A stretch of 64,000 bases of DNA from Isurus oxyrinchus (taxonomy: Eukaryota): contig JANJGN010000152.1 in the NCBI GenBank assembly GCA_026770705.1, forward strand, positions 124,001 to 188,000, read 5' to 3'. Each line of letters starts with the position of its first letter. The first letter of the stretch is position 1. A program made the position numbers and the translations under genes. The notes beneath the pieces are model-generated. The model was not told where the DNA came from, did no database searches, and saw nothing but the letters and a program-made list of their open reading frames with translations. Of the stretch, positions 37,334 through 50,779 are shown piece by piece.

Positions 37334-37619
37334 CTGTCAAAACAAGAATGTAATTAACATAATGATATATACAAGGGAAATTAAATGAAGTGCTTGTGAA
37401 AGTAGGTAGAATAAACAGACGAATCCACCCATCCGCCAATCCACCCTGGGCCCACCTGAGTTAATGGTTCTCTGAGAAAAGCCCATAATTATTAGTTAGA
37501 GGGACTCCACTTCTGAGAGTTTTCATTACCTCTGTAGGCAAATCGATATTTCGGATAAACTTGCAGCTATTTACCCTATAAATGGCGGCATGGAGATAAG
37601 TATACCTGTTTGAAAGGGA

Positions 37620-37960
37620 TGGCGACGGTTGCATTGCCGCTGGACTAGTGATCTGGAGATCACCATGTTAATTCTGTGCGGGCCCGAGTTAGAATCCCGC
37701 CACGGTACATGGCGGAATTTAATTTCAATTTGCAGTCTAATGATAACCATGAAGTCATTGTCGATTGTCGTAAAAACCCATCTGGTTCACAAATTCCCTT
37801 TAGGGAAGGAAATCTGCCGTCTTTACCTGGCCTGGCATGCATGTGACTCCAGGTGGCCGCAATGTGGTTAGCACTTAAATGCCCTCTGTACAAAGGCAAT
37901 TTAGGGATGGGCAGCCAGTACTGGCCTATCCATTGGACCCCACATCCCACGAATAAATAA
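37620..37960 (+). mobile_element. tRNA-derived SINE
   Basis: Same family as 15887 (aaaaacccatctggttcac...tagggaaggaaatctgccgtc...cccacatcccacgaataa). Confidence 0.8.
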
Positions 37961-38125
37961 AAATAAATCCCAATTTATTCTTTATGGATTTGGAGAAGGC
38001 TGAATAGAGCAACGAAACTGCATGGAATAGACCTGCCTCTTTTGCTTCCCTGGAACCCGGGATCAAGCTGTTCCCGCCGACAAAAGCACAAAACTAAGCT
38101 TACTGGAACTGTAAATGCTCGCTGA

Positions 38126-38688
38126 CTTTTTTGTACTGCGTTCTAGCTGTGATCTGAATTTGTGCCTCACTGCTCAGTAATACACACGCAGTTCGCTTAT
38201 ATTGAGGTAACCGTTCTTTTCAGACTTGTCAGCATTCGCCAGATATCGTCCTGAAATGTCATCTTTCTTCAGTGATAAGACATTGGCAATAATCAATCTT
38301 GGTGATTGTGCCGTTTGTTGCCGATACCATTGCATGTAGTGTATATTCCACTCTGTATATTCACTGTCTAACTACACTGAAGCCCCTTCTGACACCGTTA
38401 TTGCGACCGGGGACTGAGTTATTGGATAAGCGCACAGTCCACCTGTGAGGTAGAAGAAAGTAATATCAAGCGGTTTAAACAGTGTTGATCAAAATTTGTT
38501 TGTACCTGTGTGAGCTTGTGGAGCCACCTATCTACCTAGCTGCCCATTATATGGATATTTCTGATCGTGAATTGTTTCAATTCTTTCAAATATTATCGCA
38601 ACCTCTGTACCTTATTCTACTGACCTGCTTTGATGAACTTAATCCAGTATTTACTGTTCAACAGCGCCGCCAGTATTATCAGAAATAT
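38126..38688 (-). pseudogene. Family-F V pseudogene (inverted paralogue of 9499)
   Basis: Leader 38655-38688 with ATG>ATA. Exon 38165-38442 PITQSPVAITVSEG...stop...QWYRQQTAQSPRLII...VYY-stop. RSS CACAAAT, 23 bp, ACAAAAAAG. Confidence 0.9.
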
Positions 38689-38959
38689 GTCTGACTGACT
38701 CAGTCTCAGCGAATGCAATTGGAATGTGCCAGAGGTTAAAGAGGAGAGAGGAAACCCGGGCTCTGTTCAGCTCATCGTTCCATCCACATACTGCAGGGGG
38801 CCAGGCCCATTGTTACCTTACTCAGAAAACTATCCTTATTGGCTTTGGCGTCTCCACCACGTGACTTAATGAAGCCTATGCTTGAACTTGGCGTCCTCCG
38901 CTGGTGAATTCGGTTAAATTCGTGTTCGATGCGGCCGTTGAGAGGATTCAGGGTTTATT

Positions 38960-39250
38960 GAAACGCACATCAAAACACGAATGTTCCCCAGAAGCCTAAA
39001 TTGGAGCTGTTTAGACGCAGCCTTTGTTGCTGCTGATGTTTATGTCGGAGCGCAATGTTAAATCTGTAGAAATCGTCGCTGGATTTCTCCGCCCAAAACC
39101 CGGGCGCGACGAGTAGAAGTAATCTGAAGATTTTGGAGAAAGTGCGGACGCTGTACACCAGAATGGCACCAGAGATGAGGAAGGTTTACTCGAACAGGCA
39201 AGGGAAACTTGGATTCTTGCCCTCGTAACAAAGGTGGTAGAAAAGACACT
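38960..39250 (-). pseudogene. Possible very old V relic
   Basis: VSLAC...FW..., then in another frame RFNIAL...LRLNSSNLG...CA; no RSS seen. Confidence 0.3.
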
Positions 39251-39729
39251 CAACTGATTTGAAGTATGTCATTATGACAGGTTAGGTCGCAATTGCTTCC
39301 ATTATGAGCTGATTCAATCACCAAATCATTTCGATTCCACCAAAACAATAGAGAGGGGAAAATCTGTTTTATTTATTACATTGTATGTGTTACCATCTGA
39401 AACACCATGTTTGAAATGATGGGGTAGAAGATTCAATCGTAAATTTCAATACGGAATTGTTATAAGTTGAAAAAAAAAGACAAGGTGGAAAATGTGAGGT
39501 GTGAAAGGCGATTGGGGTGGGTCTTTCAAATAGACACAGATACAGTAAGCGGAGTCCTCATTCAGTTTCGTAAGTTTCTGTGAGTCTGCTCGCTTACTGC
39601 CGCTCCCGCATGATTTATTCTCATTCACTTGATAAGTGAACAAATGCAGGATGCTCGCAGGCTTCTGGAGTTTCAACCGTCGTTATTTCCGCACCATCAT
39701 TTCCGGCTGCAGCTTATCACCGCCGCGCA

Positions 39730-39890
39730 CTTTTAGCAGGTTTCAATCTGCTGCACCTCCGGCCACAGCTTCCGTTTGTTCCTCTCCTCTGACCCGATTT
39801 TGCTCTTGGAGGTATTGCTTCCCCTTTGTCTGTTCTTGCATTTGGTTAGATCAGCAGTACCGTGAACCAGGGACCTGATTTGAAGCAGAG
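39730..39890 (+). promoter_or_regulatory. Orphan family-B V promoter
   Basis: Reverse complement aligns with 5820-5945 and 7160-7275 (ctgatc..accaa...ggtcagag...caaacggaagc.gtgg.cgg); followed by a CR1 tail instead of a gene. Confidence 0.55.
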
Positions 39891-40551
39891 ATGATGCGAG
39901 TTCTTTTTTCACTCAGAGGGTCATGAGTTTTTGGAACTCTCTTTGCTGAAAAAGCGGTGGAGGCAGAGTCTTTGTATATTTTTATGGCAGTTGTGGATAG
40001 ATTCTTGGTAAGGGAGGGGGTGAAAGGTTATCGGAGGTAGTTGGGAAGCCTATTTCAGATTATAATCGGATCAGCCAAGAATTTATTAAATTGCGGAGCA
40101 GGCTCGAGGGGCTGAATTCCCTACTCCTGCCCCTTGTCCGCATGCTTGTATGACCTGGCAGATAATTTCCCGCACTGAAGATTGACAGACTCAAGAATTA
40201 TCACTGTTTAAATTTCCGATGAGCCGTCACACGGCAGAATCACTTGCACACATATTCAATAAAATGTCCGAATCGACTCAGCGGATTATAACCCTACAAT
40301 TAATCAACGCTTAAGATTTACTCACAAAGAAGACCGCGCTCAATGAATGACTGTTTCTCATGTCGCATACTTTATGCTGTGACTGTCACAACCTCTGATC
40401 AAAGTCGCTACCTGAAGGGTTTTATAAAGCTAGCGGCACCCCGCTCACAGCCCCCGTATGCTGCGCTCGTTCTGACCCGTCATGCCTTTATATCCGTCTT
40501 GCGTTATTAGAGAGGTCGCTGCAGCAGTCCCGGGGCTGTAAACAGGAGGGA

Positions 40552-41021
40552 GGTTTTTGTACAGTGACTGCAGCCTTTCCTCTCAGCTTGGGGTTTTATG
40601 GGATAGTAATACACAGCGGTATCCGCGCTCTCCGTCTTCTCAATAACCAATTGGCCCCGTTTGTCCTCAGGGGAAAGTTCCAAATCGAATCGGCCCTTCA
40701 TCACTTTGCCAGCCAAGAATCTGCCTGTTATCCTTCCCAGACCCTGACCGGATTTCTGTTTGTACCAGTGCATTCCGTTGAAGCTGGACATGTCATCAGT
40801 GCAGTTTATCAGCACCGAATCCCCGCTCTGGACTGTTTTCGCAGTGGGAAACTGGGACACCTGTTCCGAGCAACATCGACCTGTAAAAATATTCAGACAA
40901 CGAAATATTGAAGCAACGTGTGTATAAATAGACACTCTCTACAGGTTACTGTAGACTTACAATTACAAGGTAGTAACACCAGAATGATGGGGAGTAGATT
41001 CATTTGTACCGCGAAATGCAT
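40552..41021 (-). pseudogene. Family-C V: open frame, second Cys>Tyr, heptamer CAA
   Basis: Leader 40961-41021 ...MNLLPIILVLLPCN|GTAAGT. Exon 40591-40880 EQVSQ...INC...HWYKQ...DTAVYYYPIK. RSS CAAGCTG, 23 bp, ACAAAAACC. Confidence 0.9.
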
Positions 41022-43278
41022 CCTTGCAATTAAAGTATCAGTAAGAAAAGGAAGCAGAGCTCACATCAGCAGAGCACGGAGCGTCTGAACGAAGTCAATA
41101 GTCGGTTAATGTAACAACCAGAGATCATGTTTCTGTCACGTGGTTTTGTTACTCTTGGATTGGTTGGAAATACTTTGTTCTCGTGACATAAGGATGTCAT
41201 TTTTGACCCGTGCTCCTTTCTCCATCGGTTCCCATCGTATCATGTCATTTGTAAAAACGCCAGGAATTTCCTTCACTCCTTGTGGTGGGAAGTGAGCAGA
41301 ACACAATAACTTTGCGGCACTGATTCTCCAAAGGCAAAAACTTGGGCTCCGGATCTTTGTAAACATTTGAAACTCTGTGCAAAGGTTGCCTTAAGGAATG
41401 AATAAAGCCGGTTGTTAAAATCCTATCTTAGCAGTTCTCCTGCTGGAGTTGCACATTCAAGCTCACATAGTTGGACGATTTCTAAATCTGGATTGGGACA
41501 GAACCGAAGGGGAACCGCATTGGCGCTTTTCGGTTATTCATCATACCTCTGTGTAGAGCTCCTGGGAGCATTGCCCGTGGAGCTGGTTCAAAACCCCCTT
41601 GGCGAGGGATAGGGCGGGTTCTAGATAATAGGAACGGAGCGAAATCTGGGCATGAAAGTCGGCCCTCACAGCTTTTACATTAATTAGCAAAGGATTGCGA
41701 TTCATGAAAAGAAACCAAATGCAGGACGGTGTCAGTTTATATTTTTTCCTTTTTTAACTTTGGCTTCCAGCAAAGACGTAGCTGATGCGAGGTGAGAAAA
41801 TCACTTTTTCACAGAGCTAGCAGTTGGGGTTTGGAATGCACTGCCTGGAAGTGCGGTGGAGGCAGATTCAATTGAGGCATTCAAGAGGGCCTTGGATGAT
41901 TTTAAATACAAGCAATTTGCAAGGTTACGGGGAAAAGGCAGCAGATTGACACGGAGTTAAAATGCTCAGCGAGCCGGTGCAGACACGATAGGACGAATGG
42001 CCTCCTTGTACACCATAACATTTCTGTTATTCTGTGATATCAGATATCAGTGTGTGTCTGCTGTTCAGATCATTTATATTTTTCTCTATCTTCCCGACCC
42101 GGAGTTCAGCTGCGCTGACCATTGCCTAATATTGGATGGAATGCCTTCTGTATGATGAAGGCATCCGAGTGATGACTGTTTTCCGATGTATTTGTGGTAT
42201 GTGCCCTCAATTCGTTGACAATTGCCGGAGAAATAACATTTTATTTATAGTCCAGGTTCTGATCCATTGAAGGAAAATTCATATCGGCTGCCTGTTCTGC
42301 GGAATGATTAGTTGAGGTGGGCAGGGTGTGAGAAATTATGTGAGTGTTCAATCGCCTGTCTGCAGTTTCTCTTTAAGGAAGCTCTGTTGACTGATATTCA
42401 GATCAGAAAGAAAGAGTTTGCATAGCCACATTAAGGACTAGAATAAGTGGTGTTTAGGATTGTGTATAAAGTGTGGGTTCGGGGGAGAAAATGAGACCAT
42501 CAAGCATGCAACGGGTATCCACGGAGATTAGATGAGCTCAGATGCCACAGATGAATTTGTGAAGTTGATTTGCACTAGACAAGGAAGTGGAAAATGTCAG
42601 GTAATATATTTGTGCTGATGCACCTCGTGTATTTACGTTGAGAGCTTTGTTCTGTTGTCTCGTGAACAAGGACCCTGTTACTCTGACTCTGGAAGTTGAA
42701 TCACTTGTACTGTTTGTCTTTACCCCTGTGAGCGCTAAATGGAATTCTCGGTGCGGGTCTCTTTCCCGGTAATTTTTCAGCTATAGTAATTCCAATCCTG
42801 AGCTTTAATCACCTCTGCCGGCACATGAATATTCCAGGTTTATATTAAGCATAAAAATGCGGAATGCAGATAAATCCAAACATTTCCAAAGCCGTTCGCC
42901 TGTTAATTTGGACAAAGGCAGCGGCAGTAATGTAACTGCGGGATAAATAGACCTGCCAGTTTTTGTCTGCCTTGATCTCGGTATCAAGCTTGTCGCTGAA
43001 CAAAACTGGTGATATGGAACAACCAGTGAGGATTAGACCGCGTGCCTTCACATTTGGTTCCCTTCCATGTCTGTCTGGCCGATTGGATTCTGCAGTTTGT
43101 TTGATCTTCCTGGCCCCTCCTAGCAACAGTTGGGTGACAGTTGACCCGAGGAGAAGGCGCTTTCCTCTCGCTGTGTGTATCTGTGCGGCTGACAGCGCCG
43201 CTGTGCATTGTAGCTGCATCTACCCGCTACTCTGCACAAACCCCAACAAACAGGAGCTCCCACTAACAGTGCAAATTC

Positions 43279-43759
43279 AGTTTTTGTACAGGGGCGAGAT
43301 TGGTTTTCATGTGAGTCTTGAGAGCGCAGTAATAGAGGGCAGCGTCTGTCAGCTGCAGACGCGAGATCATTAAACTGGTGAATTTAGTGGAGATCTGGAG
43401 CTCCACAGAGAAACGACTTTTCGCAAATTATGTCTTTTCTTCATTGTTATTAGTATGTTTGATCATTACAAACTGGGGCTGTGTAGCTGCATGTTTTGGG
43501 TACCAGTAAAACCTATAGGCGCTCCTTGTAGATTCATAGTTTCAGTTTAAAGTCAGCTCTTCTCCTTCTCTCCTAACATCTGATCAGAGTCCATGAGTCC
43601 CGTCTGGAAAAAAAGTAAAACAGAAATGTTAAGACCGACAGGTGATTGAAATCTGATTGAAGCCATGCCTGGGAAATGACAGAAAAGACGAAATATGTTC
43701 CCTTCACGATTACCTGTCAGAATTGCTGTTCACACAACCCAAATTCTGAGTAGCCCCAT
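43279..43759 (-). pseudogene. Family-A V pseudogene (duplicate of 26914)
   Basis: Leader 43714-43759 with TGA; exon 43314-43603 with stops, ends DAALYYCAL; 4 nt of the heptamer deleted; nonamer ACAAAAACT. Confidence 0.9.
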
Positions 43760-44404
43760 TGTCGCTGTCCGCCCTGTCAAAGGGCTGCTCGATATCTGAA
43801 GACACTCTTTCTAATCCCCGCCCTCAGTAACGTGTTGTCTTGTCACAGGATGTTTACTCCTCACTTCCTGTGTCCCCTGTGGTGTGGCGAGACCGGCAGG
43901 TGCTGAGAGAGCAGAGAGTAACTCGAGCGCCCTGACCTGGGTTGCACTCAGTATCCTTGTAGCGGGAATGGTTCCGGAGTTACAGATCAGGGTCGGGACA
44001 GGAACCCTCTCTAACCACTAGGGCCCAAACAGACATTATCAAGGAGAAGGTATAATGTTTCCAAGCTTTCCCATAATGCAGTGTTATGTTGTACTTTATA
44101 CTATCAAGAGGCTGCAAAGGGTTTGGGGCGGATGGCAGGAAGATATTTCCAAAGTAAAGTGTTTCTCCTCGCCAAGAAGAATAGGGAAAATGAAGGACTG
44201 CTCCTATTTTTTTGAAATAATGAAATATATTACATTTTTGTGTTCCACATTTGCAGTCAATTCTCCGTGGCTCCCTCTCCCTCTTCTTCCACAAGAGTTC
44301 GCTTAAAATTGTCCATGTGATATTCCTCCCTCAGTCACTCAGAATTTAATTAGCAGTTATTCATTACTCCTGAAACATATCTCGATGTTGCATTGTGAGC
44401 TGTA

Positions 44405-46335
44405 GGAAACCAAGGGATTGGGAAGCCTACAAACACCAACAGAGGACAACTAAAAAAGGAATAAGGAGGGAGAAGATTAAATATGAGGGTAAACTAGCCA
44501 GTAAGATAAAAGAAGATTGCAAGAGTTTCTTTTTAGATATATAAAGGGGAATAGAGAGGCAAATAGGTCATTGGGCCGCGGGAATATGACGCTGGACAAT
44601 AAGGAGTGGGGACCAAAGAAATAGCGGATGAACTGAATAGGTGCTTTGCGTTAGTCTTCACAGTGGAAGACACGAGTAATATCCCCAAAGTTCAAGAGAG
44701 CCAGGTGGGCAGAGGTGAGTATGCTAACCATTACCAAGGAGAAGGTGCTAGGAAAACTGAAAGGTCTGAAGGTAGATAAATCGCCTTTACCAGATGGATT
44801 ACACCCCAGAGATCTGAAGGAGATATCTGAAGAGATAGTTGAAGCTTTAGTGGTGATCTTTCAGGAATCACTGGAGTCAGGGAGGGTCCCAGAGACCTGG
44901 AATATCGCTAAGGTGACCCCCCTGTTTAAGAAGGGAGTGAGGAAAAAGAAGGGAAATTACAGGCCATTTAGCCTGACCTCGGTCGTTGTTAAGATTTTAG
45001 AGTCCATTATTAAGGATGAGATTTCAGAATACCTGGAATTGCATGGTAAAATAGGGCAAAGTCAGCATTGTTTCATCAAGGGGAGGTCATGCCTGACAAA
45101 TCTGTTAGAATTATTTGAGGAGATAACGAGTAGGTTAGACAAAGGAGAGCCAATGGATGTTATCTACTTGGACTTCCAGAAAGCCTTTGATAAGGCGCCG
45201 CACAGGAGGCTGCTCAGTAGGATAAGAACCCATGGTGTTAGATGCAAGGTACTAACATGGATAGAAGATTGGCTGTCTGGCAGGAGGCAGAGAGTGGGGA
45301 TAAGGGGATCCTTCTCAGTATGGCGGCCGGTGTCTAGTGGAGTTCCGCAGGGGTCAGTGTTGGAACCAGAAGTTTTCACTTTATACATTAATGATCTAGA
45401 TGAAGGAACTGAAGGCATCCTGACTAAGTTTGCAGATGATGCAAAGATAGGTGGAGAGACAGGTAGTACTGAGGAGGCAGGGAGTCTGTGGAAGTATTTA
45501 GAAAGGTTAGGAGAATGGGCAAAGAAGTGGCAGATGGAATACAACGTGGGGAAGTGTGAGGTTATGCACTTTGGTAGGAAGAATAGAGGCATAGACCATT
45601 TTCTAGATGGGGAGAGAATTCAGAATTCTTGAGTGCAAAGGGACTTGGGAGTTCGAGTCCAGGATTCCCTTAAGGTTAATTTTCAGGTTGAGTGGGTAGT
45701 TAGGAAGGCAAATGCAATGTTGGCATTTATTTCCAGAAGACTAGAATATAAAAGCAGGGATGTGCTGCTGAGGCTTTATAAGACTCTGGTCAGACCACAT
45801 TTAGGATATTGTGAGCAATTTTGGGCCCCGTATCTCAGGAAGAATGTTCTGGCCCTGGAGAGGGTCCAGAGGATGTTCATGACAATGATCCCAGGAATGG
45901 AAGGCTTAACATTTGAGGAAAGTTTGAGGACTCTGGGTCTTTATTCGATGGAGTTTAGAAGGATGACGGGGCTCTGAGTGAAACTTACAGAATACTGAAA
46001 GACCTAGATAGATTGGACATTGGGAAGATGTTTCCATTGGTAGCAGAGTCTAGGACCCGAGGGCACAGACTCAGAGTAAAGGGAAGACCTTTTAGAACAG
46101 AGTTGAGGAGAAACTTCTTTAGCCAGAGAATGGTGAATCTATGGAGTTCATTGCCACAGACGGCTGTGGAGGCCAGGCCTTTGAGTGTATTTAAGACCGA
46201 GATAGATAGGTTCTTGGTTGGTCAGGGGATCAAAGGTTACGGGGAGAAGGCGGGAAAATGGGGTGGAGAAAGTTATCCGCCATGATTGAATGGCGGTGCA
46301 GACTCGATGGGCCGAATGGCCTAATTTCTGCACCT
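44405..46335 (+). mobile_element. CR1-type LINE, 5'-truncated, RT region
   Basis: ORFs 44715-45632 (NYRPFSLTS...YLDFQKAFD...GVPQGSVL...FADD), 45633-45977 and 46013-46285; ends in ggtcttat repeats. Confidence 0.95.
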
Positions 46336-46525
46336 ATGGTCTTATGGTCTTATGTTGTGACCATCAGTATCTCTGTTGAAAGATCCTCTCTAAACGGATT
46401 TACAGGACAACCCGCGGCAGCCTTGCCTGTTTCTCCCTTTAGCCATTGATGCTCCGAGCCGGCTGGCCCGCCTTGTGCTATCAGAGAGATTGCTGCCGCT
46501 CTTCCGGACCTGTAACCAGGAGCGA

Positions 46526-46564
46526 GGTTTTTGTACAGTGACTGCCGCATTTTGTCTCAGTGTG
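46526..46564 (-). other. 23-RSS of the functional family-C V
   Basis: CACACTG (46558-46564), 23 bp, ACAAAAACC (46526-46534). Confidence 0.95.
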
Positions 46565-47000
46565 AATCTCAGCTGCACAGTAATAAACCGCGGCATCCGC
46601 GCCCTCAGTGCCTTCAATGAGCAGTTGGCCGCGTTTCTCCGACTCGGAGATCTTCAGTTTAAATCGCGCGCTTCTCTCTTTGCCAGTCGATCTTTGCCCT
46701 ATAATCCACTCCAGTCCTTGACCAGGTTTCTCTCTGTACCAAAGCATCGCGTAAAAGCTAGACACCTCATAGCTGCAGTCCATTTGTACCGAATCCCCGC
46801 TCTGGACTGTTTTCGATGCGGGAGATTGAAGCACACGGTCCGAGAGACATCGACCTGGAAAAGTATTTAGGGTATTAAACACTGGAACAGGGAGATTAAT
46901 AATGAAAACTCAATCTGGGTCATTGGGTCCCTGTCCTGTACCTACCTGTTCGCATCGCCAGGATGACGGATAATAGCTTTAACTGTGCAATACAATACAT
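46565..47000 (-). CDS. Apparently functional TCR alpha/delta V segment, family C (exons 46946-47000 and 46565-46854)
   Basis: Leader MYCIAQLKLLSVILAMRT|GTAGGT, 91-bp GT-AG phase-1 intron, open V DRVLQS...DCSYEVSSFYAMLWYREKPGQGLEWII...DAAVYYCAAE with Cys23, Trp41 and Cys104. Confidence 0.93.
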
Positions 47001-47680
47001 GTTTGCTATGAGAATGTCAATTGAAAAACGGGTCACCGCTCACAACAGAAGAAAGCGAATCTGGTGAAGAGATTAAAATGTTGGCTGATTGAAGTCAATG
47101 TTGGATACTCAATGTCTCGGTCACGTGTTTATTTTTCCCTCTCCTCATTGGCTGGAAATTGATACTGTTCACCGGAAAGAAGGAGGTGGTTTGTTGGTCC
47201 GCTGATCTCCCGCGGTTTACTTCTGAACTGATCAGTTTGTTAGAAGAGCAGCAGCTTCTTCTGCTCCGGGTGGAGGCAAGTGAGGAAGCACATCTCTTTA
47301 TGAGAGACGCTCTTGTAAGCGACCATCCTGAAACTGGGTGTTCAAATCCAGTTGAAAACGTCCCTTACAGGATGAGTGAGCTCTCGAGGAACAGCACCTA
47401 AGTGAACAGTTAACACCATCAGAACAGCGTAAGGAGCTATTTCCTTGCAGAATGTGTGGCGCCTGTGGGCTTGTGCCTCACAAATAAATTAGCACGCTCA
47501 CCATGGTCTATGAACCCCTTTCCCGGGTCGATGGGTGATCCTCGATGCTATTCTAACTGTCAAGAGAGTCAGCACACTCAGGAGAGTCTGGTTACCTTTT
47601 CCTTATAGGATGGGTGAAGCCTGTGGAAATGTCCCCCATAATGGTACCTGTATACGGCCTGCCCGAAGGAAACACGCAGC

Positions 47681-47980
47681 AGGTATTGTGTGGGCCTACT
47701 CGGTCTCGGCCCCACCATCTCAAACTGAACACCACATATTCCAATGTCTGATGCAGTGATGCTCTCAATAAAGATAATGTCATAACTTCTCCTTCGGTGA
47801 GGATAGAATCTGTACAGCCCCGTCAGTGTTGCGGTCGCAGATAGGATGAATTCCAGGCCAGGGTTTTGTATTTGGCTGCGCCAGTGTTTAGCCTCGGCGC
47901 CGATGGTGTTTACACTGCATTGAGTTTCAATCAGTTTGGGTAATCCCGATTGCAATCGATGACGGCATTTTCTGCCAGGT
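47681..47980 (-). pseudogene. Family-E V pseudogene
   Basis: QCSVNTIGAEAKHWRSQIQNPGLEFIL...ESITASDIG; degenerate RSS GATGGTG, 23 bp, ACAATACCT. Confidence 0.75.
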
Positions 47981-50004
47981 CTGAATGCAAAAGACTAACA
48001 TTTTCCCGGAGATTCAGGTCACACTGCCATGCTGAAGTCTAATTGGCGCTGACACACACTCTCGCGGCATTTTGTCTTATTTCAGGGCTCAATGCTGTCA
48101 TGCTTTTTGCGGTATTGCACAGAACTGTGATGTGGGTGAGTCAGATGCTTGTTCTGGGATCCTCACGGAGCCGGAGTCCGTTCTGCCTCAGCTGAGTTCG
48201 AAGAGGGCCTCCTGTCTCTGACGAGGCATTCATTTGGCCATTGCGGCAGAGGCTGACCTTTCACCCTGTGACGTTGGCCTTGAAACCCAGGAATCTGAAG
48301 AAGCGAGATCCATCTTCTGAGATGGAGCAGGAGCAGATCAAATGGGTTCACATTGCAATTCCTCTCCATTTAAGAGCTCACAAAATGAGAAAGCGCCACA
48401 TTTGCTTCAGAAGGGATGGTAGGCGCGGAGGGGATTGAGGCAGAGGTGTGGTGGAGGTTGTGCAGGTTCCGCAGTATTAATTACTCTCCCATTAATCCCC
48501 CTTTCAGCGGATTGTGGAAGCATTGACAGCGTGGATGTGAGATCATAAAAGTGACTGAACTCTCCACATCTTTTCCGAGGTACCGGCGAGTGGGACAGCG
48601 GCTATGGTTTCCCTGCAGACGGGTGAATTTAAACCATTGAGTATGAGTGGATTCCAGGAGCGAAATGGGATTTGTAAGCACAGATTGGATGATGGATAAT
48701 TCTAAGGCTCCAGGAAAGGAGCTAGGCGATTTCTGGGCTTCGTCTGCCACCTGTTGGAGGAAATAAAAATTTCACGCCAGCAATTTCTCCTTCCATTCAG
48801 CGTTCGAGAGTTACTCTTCAATGCCGCTTAGGCGGCAACTTCCCCGAATGGGCTATGTTGGCAATTTAGCAGTCGCATGTAGTACATGGCAAAGTGCAGT
48901 GAACAGTTCAGATTCCCAGCTGAAACAATAGATACAGTATCAGGGACAGTGCCCTCTCCCACTGAGGGCAGAGTTCAATCCTTGCCGCTACTCATTTCAG
49001 ATATTATTTTCTACGATTTTAAAGCTTTTTTCTATTGTATCGATCATTGTCTTCTTCACACCGAACAAAGGTGATGGTAATAAATGAACTAATTTACTCA
49101 AGCAATCATGTAATTATACCATTGCCATTAGTGAGTCCTACTCCTGTAATTCAATTCATTTTCGGAAAAAATATACTTTATTCATGAAATATCTGAAAGA
49201 ACATTACAAAGCGTTTCAAAATGGCCATCACAAAAAGTGCAATCATATTTCGGTTTTCCACATAGATCATGAGGTGCTTCAATACAATCAATTAACATTG
49301 CATACATTCCAACCTGGTCTTTACAGGCAGTCCAACCTAGTTTTTCCTCACAGTCAGACAAGGCAATTATATTTCAGGTATCTGCATAACTGTTGCACTT
49401 TAATGTACTTCAATGCAATTGTGAGACATGTAGTAGTCACTGCATGCAGTTCCATCTCTGTCGCTGGGTCAAAATCCTGGAACTCCCTAACTAACAGCTC
49501 TGTGGCTGAACCTGCACCACATGGACCACAGCGGCTCAAGAATATAGCCCAGCACCAAGCTCTAAAGGGGCAATTAGGCATGGACAATACATGCTGGCCC
49601 AGCCAAAGAAGCCCACATCCCATGAATGAATAACAAAAAATAGTGAATAGGTCTCCCAGGAGCCTGTAGAAAACCAGACACCGAGAGCCCCAGTCAGTGC
49701 CCACTAGAGGGCTCGCTCACACCAATGAGGAGGAGGGAGAATTCAGACTCCACATTGAGTTTCAAAGAGACCTGCTTGATTTATTAGAAAACAGCACAAA
49801 ACTGAGTTGTGCGATGCTGAAGGTTTGTTTCACTTGACAGATCTTGGAATGCCTTCTCTTGAACACAGCCTTCTCTCCTTTATGCATATTTCCCCGTTTG
49901 AATGCAGGTGACAATGAATTCTGGATTCATAGTAGTTTATTTCGACTCATAATGTAAACCAAAGTCGAATTTCATAAATGCTTCTATTTCTTTTTATCAT
50001 CTTT

Positions 50005-50415
50005 TGATGTCCTATTTTTGCTGGTGTTCCCATCTATCTGCTGCCCTTGTGCTTCTAGGTGGTAGAGGTCGTGGGTTTGGAAGGAGGTGTCTAAGGAGCC
50101 TTGGTGAATTCCTGCAGTGCAACTTGTACATGGTACACACTGCTATTACTGTGCGTCGGTGGTGGAGGGAGTGAATGTTTGTGAATGTGGTGCCAATCAC
50201 GCAGCTTGCTTTTTCCTGGATGGTTTCAAGCTTATTGAGTGTTGTGGGAGATTCACTCAAACAGGTAATTGGGGAGTATCACATCACACTCCTGACTTTT
50301 GCCTTGTAGATGGTGGACTGGCTTAGGGGAGTGGGGAGTGAGTTGCTGGCTACAGAATCCCTAGCCTCTGACGGGCTCTTATTGCCACGGTATTTATATG
50401 GCTAGTCCTGTCCAG
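50005..50415 (-). mobile_element. CR1/L2-group LINE fragment (a plus-strand 3' tail of the same family lies at 49430-49632)
   Basis: ORF 50012-50260 KLETIQEKASCVIG...IHSLHHRRTV, homologous to 34134-34403. Confidence 0.8.
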
Positions 50416-50779
50416 CCTTGTGTTGATTAAACCAAGCATTGAGCGCCCTCAGTGTCTATTCTGTTTGCAGATGTCTCCCTCATTCTAGAATGTATCTGTT
50501 CTCCATTAACCTTGATGATGTTGAACAACTAGTGAGGATTGGACAGGGTGTCTTCACACATGGTTCCCCTCCATGTCTATCTGGCCGATCGGAATCTGCA
50601 GTTTGTTTGAGTTTCCCGGCCGCTCCTGAGAACAGTTGAGTTTGAACCGAGGTTAATTTGGTTTTCTCTCGCAGTGTCTTTCTGAGCGGCTGGCAGCGCC
50701 GCTGCGCATTATAGCTTCATCCATCCGCGGTTCTACACAAACCCCAACAGACAGGAGCTCCCACTAACAATGCAAAGGC

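Noticed and set aside
46565-46854. IgH-like (TAILV) V because of PGQGLEWI and YYCAA
   Set aside because: FR1/CDR1 (DCSYEVSSFYAM), the short CDR2 and FR3 look TCR-alpha-like, and there is no VH-type CxxSGF motif; a phylogeny would be needed to overturn this.
47400-47980. Pre-joined V-C or retrocopied receptor suggested by ORFs 47578-47955 and 30871-31143
   Set aside because: The V ends at a degenerate 23-RSS in both paralogues; downstream sequence has stops and is duplicated non-coding flank.
48200-48440. L1/Tx1 RT relic (RQG.P...LALKP)
   Set aside because: Similarity too short and frameshifted to support without a search.
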